Counted from the stretch's first letter, positions 39,103 to 49,519 are shown. The stretch: DNA of 64,000 bases from Candidatus Cloacimonadales bacterium (GCA_963663475.2 CAXXJV010000001.1:2368001-2432000); one strand, 5' to 3'. Notes: a model not told the origin generated them from the sequence alone. Translations and numbers: made by a program.

Positions 39103-40521
39103 ATGTATAGAAAAATTATATTTTTATTACTAACAGTGATGGCTGTTGGAACTTTAAGTAGTTATTCGTTGAATGAGTTTCATTACGGATATAAATTAAA
39201 CACATATGATGCTACAGCTGTTAGTATGGGCAACACTGGAACTGCTGGTTCTTCAAACCCGTTTGGTATAACACTTAATGCCATTAACTCTCTTAATCAA
39301 GAGAATACTTTTGCTTTCGAGACTTCTATTAATGCTAGTAAAGTTGAAGACAAAAGATCTATACCAATGTATAATTCCTTCAACTCTTACATAAATGAAT
39401 CAACATATACTGCACAAGAAGAAATCTTCTATAATCTTGCCGCTGCTCTTACATTTAAACAGCAACTTAATAAAGCCAATAGTATTGGTTTTGGTCTATA
39501 CATGACTCCAAAATATAGCTTTGCTGGTGATTATAATGAAGAGGTTAGAAATAACGATAACTCCAATGATGATAATTTCCCTGCAAAAATCGCTATAAAC
39601 TCAATTGATAATGAAGGAAATCTCTATGCCTACGGTTTCTCTATGGCCTACAAATATTCTTTCGAAAACTTGACTTATTTAAAAAGTTTAGCTTTAGGAG
39701 CAAATATTGAAATGCTTACTGGTAATGCAAAATCAGATAAAACAATTAGATTTACTGATTGGGCTCATACTACTGCAGGTTATGGTAACCTACCTGATTA
39801 TCAAGAAAAATATGACAGAGACTTATCAGGTATAGCAAGTCAGTTGAGTATGAACTACCAACTTAACCATAGAGCAACCTTCTCTCTTGTATATTCACCA
39901 AAAACAACCATCGAAGTAGATGCTAGTTCTAGTATTAATAATTACCTTACTTTTGCAGATTCTACTAGCATGCTTGACTACACCTATACTGGTGCTGATT
40001 CACTTAAGCATGAAATGATGATGGCTGATTATGACCTACCATCTTCCTTCAAATTAGCTTTCCAGCTTAAGCCACGTAACGTGCTTAAAACTACTTTTAA
40101 TGTTGAGGCTGAATTGGTACGTTGGTCTGAAACAAACAAACTATTCGAAGATAAATTTAACTACTACTTAGGTGTCGAACATAAAATTATCGAAACTGTA
40201 CCTGTAAGATTAGGCTTTTCATCTACACAAAGTTATGACATTGCTTATGATAATGAGTATGCATATGCTGTTGAGTTAATGACTCCAAGCGTTGCCCTTG
40301 GTACTGGTTTTGAAATTTCAAAATCACTTAGAGCTGATCTAGGATTTACTTACGGTTTTAGAAAATTTGAAACTCTAGACCTATTCATGGATGAATATTA
40401 TGATTATTCATCACTCTGGCCTAATACTCATATTAATCTCCAAAATCGCGATTGGTCAAATCCTGATACTGTTAAAGAAAACATCTTTGACTTTATGTTC
40501 TCATTAACTTTGGATATTTAA
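39103..40521 (+). CDS. FadL/PorV-like outer-membrane beta-barrel
   Basis: Signal peptide; hatch-like DATAVSMGNTG...NPFG..LN; YLGVEH, PVRLGF, ALGTGF strands; GGAGG RBS at 39093. Confidence 0.65.
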   Translation: MYRKIIFLLLTVMAVGTLSSYSLNEFHYGYKLNTYDATAVSMGNTGTAGSSNPFGITLNAINSLNQENTFAFETSINASKVEDKRSIPMYNSFNSYINESTYTAQEEIFYNLAAALTFKQQLNKANSIGFGLYMTPKYSFAGDYNEEVRNNDNSNDDNFPAKIAINSIDNEGNLYAYGFSMAYKYSFENLTYLKSLALGANIEMLTGNAKSDKTIRFTDWAHTTAGYGNLPDYQEKYDRDLSGIASQLSMNYQLNHRATFSLVYSPKTTIEVDASSSINNYLTFADSTSMLDYTYTGADSLKHEMMMADYDLPSSFKLAFQLKPRNVLKTTFNVEAELVRWSETNKLFEDKFNYYLGVEHKIIETVPVRLGFSSTQSYDIAYDNEYAYAVELMTPSVALGTGFEISKSLRADLGFTYGFRKFETLDLFMDEYYDYSSLWPNTHINLQNRDWSNPDTVKENIFDFMFSLTLDI

Positions 40522-40545
40522 CCTACTAAAACAATAAGGTAAATT

Positions 40546-42186
40546 ATGAAAAAATTAATTATAATTATATCCCTCCTAAGCTTCTTTGCTCTTAATGCTG
40601 AAGATCTTAGACTGGATATTATGTTTACTAATGATGTTCATGGAGGAATATCTCGTGACCAAGCAACCTTTATGAATCCAGAATTTCCACCCCGTTTAGG
40701 TGGTGGAGCTTCTCATGCCACATTAATTAAACATGTAAGAAGCCTGGCTAATGATAAAAGAGATAACTTGCTCCTTGATGCTGGTGACTTCTGGCAAGGA
40801 AAACCAATAGGTACTGTTACCAATGGTGAAGCAATCATAGAATACTATAATATGATAGGTTATGATGCTTTAACTATCGGTAACCATGAGTATGACATTA
40901 AAGAAAAGGAAATTGTAGAAACTCTCGAAATGGCTAATTTCCCTATTCTTTCTTGTAATATCGTAGATAAAAACACTGGAAAACTAGTTGATTATGTGCA
41001 ACCTTACGTCATCATTGAAAAAATGGGAGTTAAAATTGGTTTAATAGGTCTTACAACTATCGATACAAAACTAATGAGCTTCCCTGATAATATTGAAGGT
41101 ATTGACTTTTTAGATGAAATTGAATCGCTAAAAAAATATATTCCTATCGTTAAATCTGAAGGTGCAGATATTATAATTGTCCTTGGACATATGGGGCTTC
41201 CTTACGATCCTGCAGCTTCTTATGAAAAAAGATTTGTTAATGATTCTATGGAGAAAAAACAAAGATACTATGGTTGGGATTCTCAAGAAATCCTCCACTT
41301 TGTCCCTGGTATAGACCTTTTAGTAGGTGGTCATATGCACAAGGGTTTTTCTGAACCATGGGTTGACCCTGTAACTCAAGGTATGGCTGTTCAAGGTTAT
41401 GCTTTTGGATCAAATGTAGGTTGGATTACTTTAAAGATAGATGAAGAGACTAAAACTTTATCTGGTTATGAGCTTCCTTCACTATCAAATGGTCTTATGA
41501 TAACCATGTTTGAAGATGAATTCCCTCTTGATCCTGAGATCAATGCTGCTATTGAAAAGAATAGGAAACTAGCTGAAGCAGGAATGGATGATGTAATCGG
41601 TGTGGCTGAAGTACATCTTCATAGACAAAATGTGGAAGCTCAATCACCTATGGGAAATACTGTCGCTGATGCTATGAGACTGCAAACTAATGCTGACTTC
41701 TCTTTCCTAAATTTAGGTGGTATTAGAGCAGAAATTGGAGCTGGTCCTGTTACTTACAGAGATATCTTTGCAGTTATGCCATTTGATAATCAATTGATTA
41801 CTTTTGAATGTGATGGTAGATTCTTGAAGCAAGTTATTGAAACAAGAATTGAAGGTTCAAGAGCTGGTATGATTTGCTCTGGAGCAAAAGTTACTTTTAG
41901 TAGAGAGAGAGAAAACTTTGATAGAATTACTGAACTTATTATCGGTGGTGAAGAATGGGATCCTGATAAAATTTATACAGTCGCTACTACCGACTTCCTT
42001 ATGGAAGGTAATGCTGGGTTAACCCTCTTAACTAAAGTTCCTGAAGATAAAATTTCCAATAACTATCTGAATCTTCGAGATGCTATTGCTAATCACTTTA
42101 AGCAAAACTCTCCAATAAAGACTAGAATCGACGACCGCTGGATTAGAGATGATAACTCTACTCCTAAAGAATATTTAAGGAAATAA
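40546..42186 (+). CDS. Secreted 5'-nucleotidase/UDP-sugar hydrolase (UshA-like)
   Basis: Signal peptide; TNDVHG, DAGDFWQG, GNHEYD, GGHMH, NLGGIR, MPFDN. Confidence 0.92.
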   Translation: MKKLIIIISLLSFFALNAEDLRLDIMFTNDVHGGISRDQATFMNPEFPPRLGGGASHATLIKHVRSLANDKRDNLLLDAGDFWQGKPIGTVTNGEAIIEYYNMIGYDALTIGNHEYDIKEKEIVETLEMANFPILSCNIVDKNTGKLVDYVQPYVIIEKMGVKIGLIGLTTIDTKLMSFPDNIEGIDFLDEIESLKKYIPIVKSEGADIIIVLGHMGLPYDPAASYEKRFVNDSMEKKQRYYGWDSQEILHFVPGIDLLVGGHMHKGFSEPWVDPVTQGMAVQGYAFGSNVGWITLKIDEETKTLSGYELPSLSNGLMITMFEDEFPLDPEINAAIEKNRKLAEAGMDDVIGVAEVHLHRQNVEAQSPMGNTVADAMRLQTNADFSFLNLGGIRAEIGAGPVTYRDIFAVMPFDNQLITFECDGRFLKQVIETRIEGSRAGMICSGAKVTFSRERENFDRITELIIGGEEWDPDKIYTVATTDFLMEGNAGLTLLTKVPEDKISNNYLNLRDAIANHFKQNSPIKTRIDDRWIRDDNSTPKEYLRK

Positions 42187-42189
42187 GCA

Positions 42190-42870
42190 ATGATAATATT
42201 AGCTATTGATAGTTCAAATAGCTCTGGTAGCATTGCTATCATTAAGAAGAATGACCTAGTATTCAGCTCATTCTTCAATATAAAGATTACGCATTCAGAG
42301 ACTTTAATGCCCGAGATTCATCGGGCATTGAGTCTGTGTAACCTACTTACTTCTGATTTAGATGCCATTGCTATTGCCCAAGGACCAGGCTCTTTCACTG
42401 GTTTGAGAATTGGCTTAGCTACTGCTAAAGGCATTGCATTTGCTCATGAGATTCCTCTTATTCCAATCTCTTCTCTGAAAATTGTCGCTATGAATTACTA
42501 CGGGATAAGTAAAGATATTCTAGTTATGCAAGATGCAAAAATGAAAGAAGTCTATATTGCCCTCTATGATTCAAAATTAAATGAAATCATCCCCCCAACC
42601 TGTATTAAACCTTGTGATGTAGCTAATTTAATTAAAAATCCAACTATTGCTGTTGGTTCTGGTATTGATATCTATAAAGATACCTTACAGGATAACCCTT
42701 ATATTGAGATTAATAATATCTTAGAAAAAAACCTAGCAAAGGCAGAATCAATGTTTTCTATAATTCATATTGAAAATATTCATCCTTCTTTTGACTTCGA
42801 TTTTAATTCTAAACTTCAACCTTATTATATTAGAAAATCTCAAGCTGAAGTAAATCGAAATCAAGCTTAA
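42190..42870 (+). CDS. tsaB: tRNA t6A biosynthesis protein TsaB
   Basis: ILAIDSS, HSETLMP, GPGSFTGLRIGLATAKG, P.YIR. Confidence 0.95.
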   Translation: MIILAIDSSNSSGSIAIIKKNDLVFSSFFNIKITHSETLMPEIHRALSLCNLLTSDLDAIAIAQGPGSFTGLRIGLATAKGIAFAHEIPLIPISSLKIVAMNYYGISKDILVMQDAKMKEVYIALYDSKLNEIIPPTCIKPCDVANLIKNPTIAVGSGIDIYKDTLQDNPYIEINNILEKNLAKAESMFSIIHIENIHPSFDFDFNSKLQPYYIRKSQAEVNRNQA

Positions 42871-42913
42871 TCAGATTATTAAAAATCTGACTAATTGAAA
42901 ATCTGGAGAAATT

Positions 42914-43951
42914 ATGTTATTACAAAGATTGTTTAGTAAAATATCAAATGATATAGCCATTGACTTAGGTACTGCAAATACCTTAGTATATAAAAAGAAT
43001 TCTGGTATTGTTATTAATGAGCCTTCTGTTGTATCTCTTGCAACTGACACTAAGAAAGTGCTCGCTATTGGCGCTGATGCTAAAGAAATGCTTGGCAGAA
43101 ATCCTAATGAAGTTACTGTTATTAAACCCCTAAAAGATGGAGTTATAGCAGACTTTCAGGTTACCGAAATTATGCTTAGAAATTTAATACTAAGGGCTCA
43201 GAAAAATAAGTTCCATATAAGACCTAGAGTTATTGTCTGTGTTCCTTCGGGAATTACGGAAGTTGAAAAAAGAGCTGTTAGAGACTCTGCTCTACATGCA
43301 GGATCACGTGAAGTTTATCTTGTATCTGAACCTATTGCTGCTGCTATTGGAGCTGACTTAATGATTCACAAACCCTATGGTAACTTAGTTATGGATATTG
43401 GGGGTGGTACTTCTGAAATAGCTGTTATATCTCTCTCACATATTGTTGTACATAACTCTATCAGAGTTGGTGGAGACTCTATAGATAGAGATATCATTAA
43501 TCATCTAAGAAAAAAGAATAACCTACATGTAGGTATTCAAACTGCCGAAGATATTAAAAAGAAAATTGGATCTTGTGTCCCACTCAAAGAAGAATTATCT
43601 ATGAATGTTGCAGGAAGAGATATTGTCAGCGGATATCCAGTAACTGTTCAAATCAATTCTGAAGAAATCAGAGAGGCAATAAGTGATACTGTCGATATAA
43701 TGATTGATGCTATAAAAAAACTTTTTGAGAAAACTGCACCAGAACTAGCCTCAGATATCGCTGAAAGAGGTGTTTTCTTAACAGGAGGAGGTGCTTTACT
43801 TAGAGGACTTGATACTAAAATTCAAACTACAGTTGACCTACCTGTTCATGTTGTTCCTGACCCCTTAACCTGTGTTGTAAAAGGTTCAGGTAAAATTTTA
43901 GATAACTTAGAAACTTACAGAGAAGTATTGATTAAAAAAATTGAAGACTAA
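42914..43951 (+). CDS. mreB: Rod shape-determining protein MreB
   Basis: IDLGTANT, PLKDGVIADF, EPIAAAIGA, DIGGGT, LTGGGALL. Confidence 0.98.
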   Translation: MLLQRLFSKISNDIAIDLGTANTLVYKKNSGIVINEPSVVSLATDTKKVLAIGADAKEMLGRNPNEVTVIKPLKDGVIADFQVTEIMLRNLILRAQKNKFHIRPRVIVCVPSGITEVEKRAVRDSALHAGSREVYLVSEPIAAAIGADLMIHKPYGNLVMDIGGGTSEIAVISLSHIVVHNSIRVGGDSIDRDIINHLRKKNNLHVGIQTAEDIKKKIGSCVPLKEELSMNVAGRDIVSGYPVTVQINSEEIREAISDTVDIMIDAIKKLFEKTAPELASDIAERGVFLTGGGALLRGLDTKIQTTVDLPVHVVPDPLTCVVKGSGKILDNLETYREVLIKKIED

Positions 43952-43956
43952 TCATA

Positions 43957-44739
43957 GTGAAAAATTTTTCCTTTATACGATTGATTCTTCTTGCAGTTTC
44001 AATTATTTTTCTTATAGGGAGTGAAGAGAATAAGTTTAAAAAAGCAAACTTCTTCTCTTCTTATATTCTATATCCTTATAGTGAAAGTATTAACTACTTT
44101 CAATCCCTAAAAGAAAAAGAAAAAGAACTTAAAGAAATTACTTACCAACTGTATAAGCAAAAAGTCTATTCAGGGCTTCTCAAAACAGAGTTGATTAAGA
44201 CTAAGTCTAAACTAGGGCTCAAAGATAGATGGTTTTCAGAAGCAGATTCTCTCTTCCTAAGCTTAGATATAATTTCTGCAGAAGTGATATCAAATACTTT
44301 TCCTGTTTATTCAAAAGTTCTCATGCTAAACAAAGGCAAAGACTATAATATTATGGTTAATGATGCCGTAATTTCACAATATGGAATAGTAGGTAAGATT
44401 ATCAGTGTTGGTCCTCAACATTCAATAGTCCTTCCAATTGTTAATTATAATGCTAAATTCTCAATTATGAATAATCGAAATGTTCAGGGAATTCTTAATG
44501 CTGATTATTTAGGTAGTCTTAAAATGAGTTTCATAGAAAAAAATTCAGATATTAATGTTGGTGATACTCTTTATACGTCAAATCTATCTGATATTTTTAC
44601 TAATTACTATGCCCCAGTTGGGAAAGTAGATTCGATTTTTATGGCAGAAAACGAGTTATATTTAGAAGCATATGTTTCTTCATTCACTCAAATTAATAAT
44701 CTCACAAATGTTTTTGTGATTAAAAGGAGTAAAAAATAA
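43957..44739 (+). CDS. mreC: Rod shape-determining protein MreC
   Basis: Follows mreB; TM then coiled coil, LNKG, GIVGKI, VGDTLYTS, PVGKV. Confidence 0.85.
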   Translation: MKNFSFIRLILLAVSIIFLIGSEENKFKKANFFSSYILYPYSESINYFQSLKEKEKELKEITYQLYKQKVYSGLLKTELIKTKSKLGLKDRWFSEADSLFLSLDIISAEVISNTFPVYSKVLMLNKGKDYNIMVNDAVISQYGIVGKIISVGPQHSIVLPIVNYNAKFSIMNNRNVQGILNADYLGSLKMSFIEKNSDINVGDTLYTSNLSDIFTNYYAPVGKVDSIFMAENELYLEAYVSSFTQINNLTNVFVIKRSKK

Positions 44740-45416
44740 TGAAAGATTTTAAACCTGTTAAGGTTGTTAACAACATTAAATACAGAAGAATTCCAATAAA
44801 GACAAGAATATTATCTCCTAATGACGATATTATAGATTTAATCAAAGAATACGTCCTTCCCCTTTACCAGAAGGGTGATATCGTGGCAATGAGTGAGTCT
44901 CCTGTAGCTATTACGCAAGGACGAGCAATTCCTGTTAGTGAACTAAAAATTGGTTGGCTAGCTAATTTTATGTGGAGATTTGTTGCCAAAGTTCCCTATG
45001 GTGTTGGTTTAAGAGCTCCGGAGAGTATGCAATGTGCTATTGATGAAGTAGGCGGATTAAGAATTATATTAGCTGCTGCTATTGCTGCTATTACAAAACT
45101 TTTTGGTATTAAAGGTATGTTCTATAGAGTTGCTGGTATGCAAGCTGCGCTTATAGATGCAGCGACGACATCACCAGTTCCTCCCTACGATAAATGTGTC
45201 ATCAAAGGTCCCAAAAACCCTCAAAAAGTTACCCAAGAAATCTATGATGCTACAAATATTGATACTGTAATTATGGATATTAATGATATCGGTGGTTCAT
45301 GGGCAATTGGTGCAACAAAAAATGTTGATAAGAAATTAGTTGAACTTATTATGAAAGATAACCCGCAAGGGCAAGGAGATGAACTTACCCCCTTCTGTAT
45401 CATTAGGAAAGAATAA
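44739..45416 (+). CDS. CofE-like (F420-0:gamma-glutamyl ligase family) protein
   Basis: IPIKT, GDIVAMSESPVAITQGR, FYRVAG...IDA, DINDIGG, DNPQGQGDELTP resemble the bacterial CofE-like family; 1-bp TAATG overlaps with both mreC and mreD. Confidence 0.7.
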   Translation: MKDFKPVKVVNNIKYRRIPIKTRILSPNDDIIDLIKEYVLPLYQKGDIVAMSESPVAITQGRAIPVSELKIGWLANFMWRFVAKVPYGVGLRAPESMQCAIDEVGGLRIILAAAIAAITKLFGIKGMFYRVAGMQAALIDAATTSPVPPYDKCVIKGPKNPQKVTQEIYDATNIDTVIMDINDIGGSWAIGATKNVDKKLVELIMKDNPQGQGDELTPFCIIRKE

Positions 45417-45907
45417 TGAAGGCCCTCTCTCTTACTATACTTTCTGTATTAAGTCTATATTACCAAACATTAGTATTAAATGAAGTTTCTTTCGTTTACT
45501 TCATTCCTAACATAATAGTATCCTTATTAATATTTAGTCACTTTTACCTACATATTAATTTTCATACATTTCTTTTCTTTTTAATTGGACTTGCTATGGA
45601 TTGCAACAACCCACCCTTGTTTGGGATATACACTTTTAGCTTTATGACATTATCATATCTAATAACACTTATCAAGAATCATATTGATTTAGATATTTTT
45701 GCCAATAAAATTGCTATGATTTCTCTTTCAAATGCTGCTTTTTATATTTTATTCAGTCTAATGTCAGCTATTGTCTATAAGCAAAGTTACCTAGAGATGG
45801 CAATCACTTTCATTGTTAGTAGTGCCCTAAACACTCTTCTTTCTTTTTTGGTTATTTCCTTGTTAGATTTTCTCAGAATGCTCAAATTTGACCCAACTAA
45901 TGAATAA
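45416..45907 (+). CDS. mreD: Rod shape-determining protein MreD
   Basis: Highly hydrophobic 163 aa; PNI, IGLAMD, FGIY; lies before mrdA. Confidence 0.8.
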   Translation: MKALSLTILSVLSLYYQTLVLNEVSFVYFIPNIIVSLLIFSHFYLHINFHTFLFFLIGLAMDCNNPPLFGIYTFSFMTLSYLITLIKNHIDLDIFANKIAMISLSNAAFYILFSLMSAIVYKQSYLEMAITFIVSSALNTLLSFLVISLLDFLRMLKFDPTNE

Positions 45908-47690
45908 ATTTGCTATATCTCAGATTCTTACCCTATTCTTGATTGTAGGCTTTACTATCCTTACCCTAGCGTTAGCAAAACTACAATTAATTGACGGTGA
46001 GCAATATAGTGAATATGCCCATAATAACTATGTAAAAAAAAGTAGAATTGAAGCAAATCGAGGAGAAATTTATGATAGAAATGGACTCCCTATTGCCCAA
46101 AACTATCCAGCTATTCACTTAGCCATAATTCCTGGCTTTATTACAAATGAAGATTCTTTAAAAGCTTTTCTCTTTAGCAAACTGGATATCAACACTGAAG
46201 ATTATGATTCCTTCATTTATGATACCCGATATAGGAAATATCGTGAAAATATTTTTTATGAAAACCTGAATCAAGACCAAGTTGCTAAAATTGCCGAAGA
46301 TATAAATTATTTTCCAGAAATTAGATTCTCGATTAGTAATACTAGAAGATACCATTTACCCAATCATTTTACAGGTTATATTGGCAGAATAAATCAAGAA
46401 GAATATGAAGTACTAAAAGATAAAGACTACCATTATAATAGCTTTTTAGGAAAAACAGGTATTGAAAAAGAATATGAGAGTATTTTAAAAGGTAGCGATG
46501 GAGTACAATTAAATTTAGTTGATGCTAAGGGAAGAAACTTAAATCTCTTTAATTCCATATCTCAAGATAGAGATAATATCAACATCCAACCCAAAAATGG
46601 TATGGACTTATTCCTCACCATTGATCTAGATCTTCAAAAATACATTGATGATACATTCCCTCCTGACTTAAGAGGGGCTGTAGTGGTGATGAACTATGAG
46701 AGTGGTGAGGTCTTAGCCTATGTCTCTCGCCCTGAGTTTGATCAGAATATATTTATGTCTAGAATACCAACTACTATGTGGGATTCAATCAAGGCTGATA
46801 CGACTAAACCATTTTTAGATAGAGTCAGTAAAGCAGTTTATCCTCCTGGGTCAGTCTTTAAGATTGTTCCTGCAGCCCTAGGTTTAGAGAATAATATTGT
46901 TAGCAAATGGACTAAACTAGCCTATTGTGACGGAGGCATGCAAGTTGGTAATAAATATGTAAAGTGCTGGAATCACTATGGACATGGTAGCCTAAATGTC
47001 ATTGATGCCTTAAAAGTTTCCTGTGATGTTTACTTTTATGATCTTTCTTTTAGATTTGATTTAGACGATTTCTGCTACTTTGTTAAAGATTCAATGTTAA
47101 GTGAAAAAACTGGTATCGATATTCCAGATGAAGCAAAAGGCTTCTTCCCCACTAGTAAATGGTATAAGAATACTTATGGAATTTACACATCTATAACAGG
47201 CCATAAAGTTAATTTATCTATTGGCCAAGGAGAAATGTTTATGACTCCTTTGCAAATATGCGCTCTCTATGCTGGTGTTGCGAATAATGGTATTTGGAAG
47301 AAACCTCATCTCTTAAACAAAGCAGTAAGAGAGGATTCTATTTTAACTTTTAGTGATTTCAACGATAATACACAAGTTACTTTGCCTTACAGTCCTGAAA
47401 CTTTAGCAACAATTGAAGAAGGTCTAAGAAGAGTAATTATCAAAAGTGATGGAACAGCCCACTCTCTTAATAGAAAAGGAAGGCTTATATATGGTAAAAC
47501 TGGTTCTGCTGAGCATAAGATTGGAAGATTAACCCATGCTTGGTTTGCTGGTTATGAAAAAGATACAAAGCTTGCTATAACAGTTTTTGTTCAAGAAGCA
47601 GGTGGCGGAGGAAGTGTAGCAGCTCCTATAGCTGGAAAAGTCTTTGACTATTATTACAATAAAGAGGAAGCTAATAATGTTAAGAATTAA
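45900..47690 (+). CDS. mrdA: Penicillin-binding protein 2
   Basis: RGEIYDRNG, GKTGIE; SxxK (PGSVFK), SCD, KTG motifs. Confidence 0.95.
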   Translation: MNKFAISQILTLFLIVGFTILTLALAKLQLIDGEQYSEYAHNNYVKKSRIEANRGEIYDRNGLPIAQNYPAIHLAIIPGFITNEDSLKAFLFSKLDINTEDYDSFIYDTRYRKYRENIFYENLNQDQVAKIAEDINYFPEIRFSISNTRRYHLPNHFTGYIGRINQEEYEVLKDKDYHYNSFLGKTGIEKEYESILKGSDGVQLNLVDAKGRNLNLFNSISQDRDNINIQPKNGMDLFLTIDLDLQKYIDDTFPPDLRGAVVVMNYESGEVLAYVSRPEFDQNIFMSRIPTTMWDSIKADTTKPFLDRVSKAVYPPGSVFKIVPAALGLENNIVSKWTKLAYCDGGMQVGNKYVKCWNHYGHGSLNVIDALKVSCDVYFYDLSFRFDLDDFCYFVKDSMLSEKTGIDIPDEAKGFFPTSKWYKNTYGIYTSITGHKVNLSIGQGEMFMTPLQICALYAGVANNGIWKKPHLLNKAVREDSILTFSDFNDNTQVTLPYSPETLATIEEGLRRVIIKSDGTAHSLNRKGRLIYGKTGSAEHKIGRLTHAWFAGYEKDTKLAITVFVQEAGGGGSVAAPIAGKVFDYYYNKEEANNVKN

Positions 47691-48888
47691 AAACTTTGAT
47701 TTCGGACTTTTCTTTGCTTGGTTTTTGTTAGTTTCTATTGGGATAATTACTATCTACACTGCCTCAATTTCAACTTATGGTGATTACACCCAAATTAATA
47801 ATTATTATATGAAACAGCTAGTCTTTTTCCTGATAATCATTCCAATCTTCTACTTAATACAGAAAATTCCTTATTTTGTTATTGATACACTAATAATACC
47901 AGGTTATATTCTTTCAATTATACTATTAGTTATTGTCTTGTTTACTCCTGAAATAAATGGATCGAATAGATGGATACAGCTGGGTTCTTTCCGCCTACAA
48001 CCTTCTGAAATTGCGAAGATAATGACAATCTTAACAATCAGTAAATTTCTAGCTAAGCCTCATCAAGGTGATGCTAAGAAAATTCTGATTGGTTTCTCTT
48101 TTTCTATCATTCCTATATTTTTAATCATGATTGAACCTGATTTTGGAACAACCTTAGTATTTTGGGTTGTCTTATTTGCTATGCTATTAGCTGCAAAAGT
48201 CCCAATCATTTACCTACTTATCTTAGTTTCTCCAATTGTTTCAATATCATTAGTAATATTTTCATTTTACTGGTCTTTATTTTATATATTAGTTATTGCT
48301 TTCTGCTTATTTAAGTTAAGATTCCATTGGGTTATTCAATCTCTTTCTTTGATTGCTAATGTCTTTGGCTCATTGATTTTTTGGCAGATACTCAAACCTT
48401 ATCAGATAAATAGGATTCTGACTTTCATGGATCCTACTAGAGACCCTCTAGGAGCAGGTTATCAAGTAATACAATCTAAGATTGCTATAGGTTCTGGAGG
48501 TATGTGGGGAAAGGGATTTTTACAAGGAACTCAGAAAAACTTAGATTTCTTACCTGAACACCATACCGACTTCATATTTTCGGTTTATGGAGAAGAGTTA
48601 GGCTTTATGTTATCACTTCTTTTACTAGCCTTATTTTTCTTCTTATTAATAAAAATAATAAAATCAATTGACAAAATATACGTTCTTGAGCGTAAGATAG
48701 CAACAGTTGGTATTTTTACTTTCATTTTCTTCCAACTCTTCGTAAATATTGGAATGAATATTGGAATAGTACCTACTACTGGAGTCCCCCTCCCCTTTAT
48801 TAGTTATGGTGGCTCTAATTTGTTAATTAATTCTGTATCAATTGCTTTGGTACAAAAGTTTCTTGTAGAAAAAGGATTTATGAAATGA
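47677..48888 (+). CDS. rodA: SEDS peptidoglycan glycosyltransferase RodA
   Basis: RWI..G..LQPSE, EPDFGT, GYQVIQS.IAIGSGG, LPEHHTDFIF, PTTGVPLPFISYGGS. Confidence 0.96.
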   Translation: MLRIKNFDFGLFFAWFLLVSIGIITIYTASISTYGDYTQINNYYMKQLVFFLIIIPIFYLIQKIPYFVIDTLIIPGYILSIILLVIVLFTPEINGSNRWIQLGSFRLQPSEIAKIMTILTISKFLAKPHQGDAKKILIGFSFSIIPIFLIMIEPDFGTTLVFWVVLFAMLLAAKVPIIYLLILVSPIVSISLVIFSFYWSLFYILVIAFCLFKLRFHWVIQSLSLIANVFGSLIFWQILKPYQINRILTFMDPTRDPLGAGYQVIQSKIAIGSGGMWGKGFLQGTQKNLDFLPEHHTDFIFSVYGEELGFMLSLLLLALFFFLLIKIIKSIDKIYVLERKIATVGIFTFIFFQLFVNIGMNIGIVPTTGVPLPFISYGGSNLLINSVSIALVQKFLVEKGFMK

Positions 48889-49466
48889 TTAAAAAAATTC
48901 TATTACTGATATTATTGGGATTCATTATGACATCCTGTGCTCGTTTTGCCAAACTTAGAGAAGAGAATTTCTCAAAACATTTATCAAGCAATCTCATTGA
49001 AAATAGTTCTTTTGAAATTTATCAAGACCCATTAGACGCTGACTATCCTGGCTGGATTATTGATAAATTATCTGTTAACAAAGTAGCTATTGATTCTACT
49101 AGAAGCTTCACAGGTAAGAACTGCCTTAAGATCTCTCAAGCGACTAGTGAGATGCAATTAGTAACAAAACCTTTTAGCACCCATTATAGAAATGTCTATG
49201 GAATTAAGTTCTCTGCAAAATCAGTCTTGAGAAAAATCCCTATAGCTATTCACTTTCTTACCTTTTCTGAAAATGGTAAAATTGTATCAAAATATTACAG
49301 AAATGTTACTATTGATACTAACTGGCAAACCTATAGTTTAACTTCTGATTATTTAAAAGTGAATTCAGAGTTTGGTAGAGTGTTTATCACTATTCCTGAA
49401 AATAACTCAGTTCTCTTAATTGATGATGTTACATGTCATATTATTGATTCATACCAGAAAAAATGA
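48885..49466 (+). CDS. Putative lipoprotein with a carbohydrate-binding-module-like beta-sandwich
   Basis: Lipobox-like MTSC; NLIENSSFE...W...G..CL...WQTY...IDDV pattern typical of CBM4/9-like folds. Confidence 0.55.
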   Translation: MIKKILLLILLGFIMTSCARFAKLREENFSKHLSSNLIENSSFEIYQDPLDADYPGWIIDKLSVNKVAIDSTRSFTGKNCLKISQATSEMQLVTKPFSTHYRNVYGIKFSAKSVLRKIPIAIHFLTFSENGKIVSKYYRNVTIDTNWQTYSLTSDYLKVNSEFGRVFITIPENNSVLLIDDVTCHIIDSYQKK

Positions 49467-49519
49467 TGTAACCTGCATTTACTCCTACGTTATACAATAA
49501 AAAAAGATGGAGAAGAAAA

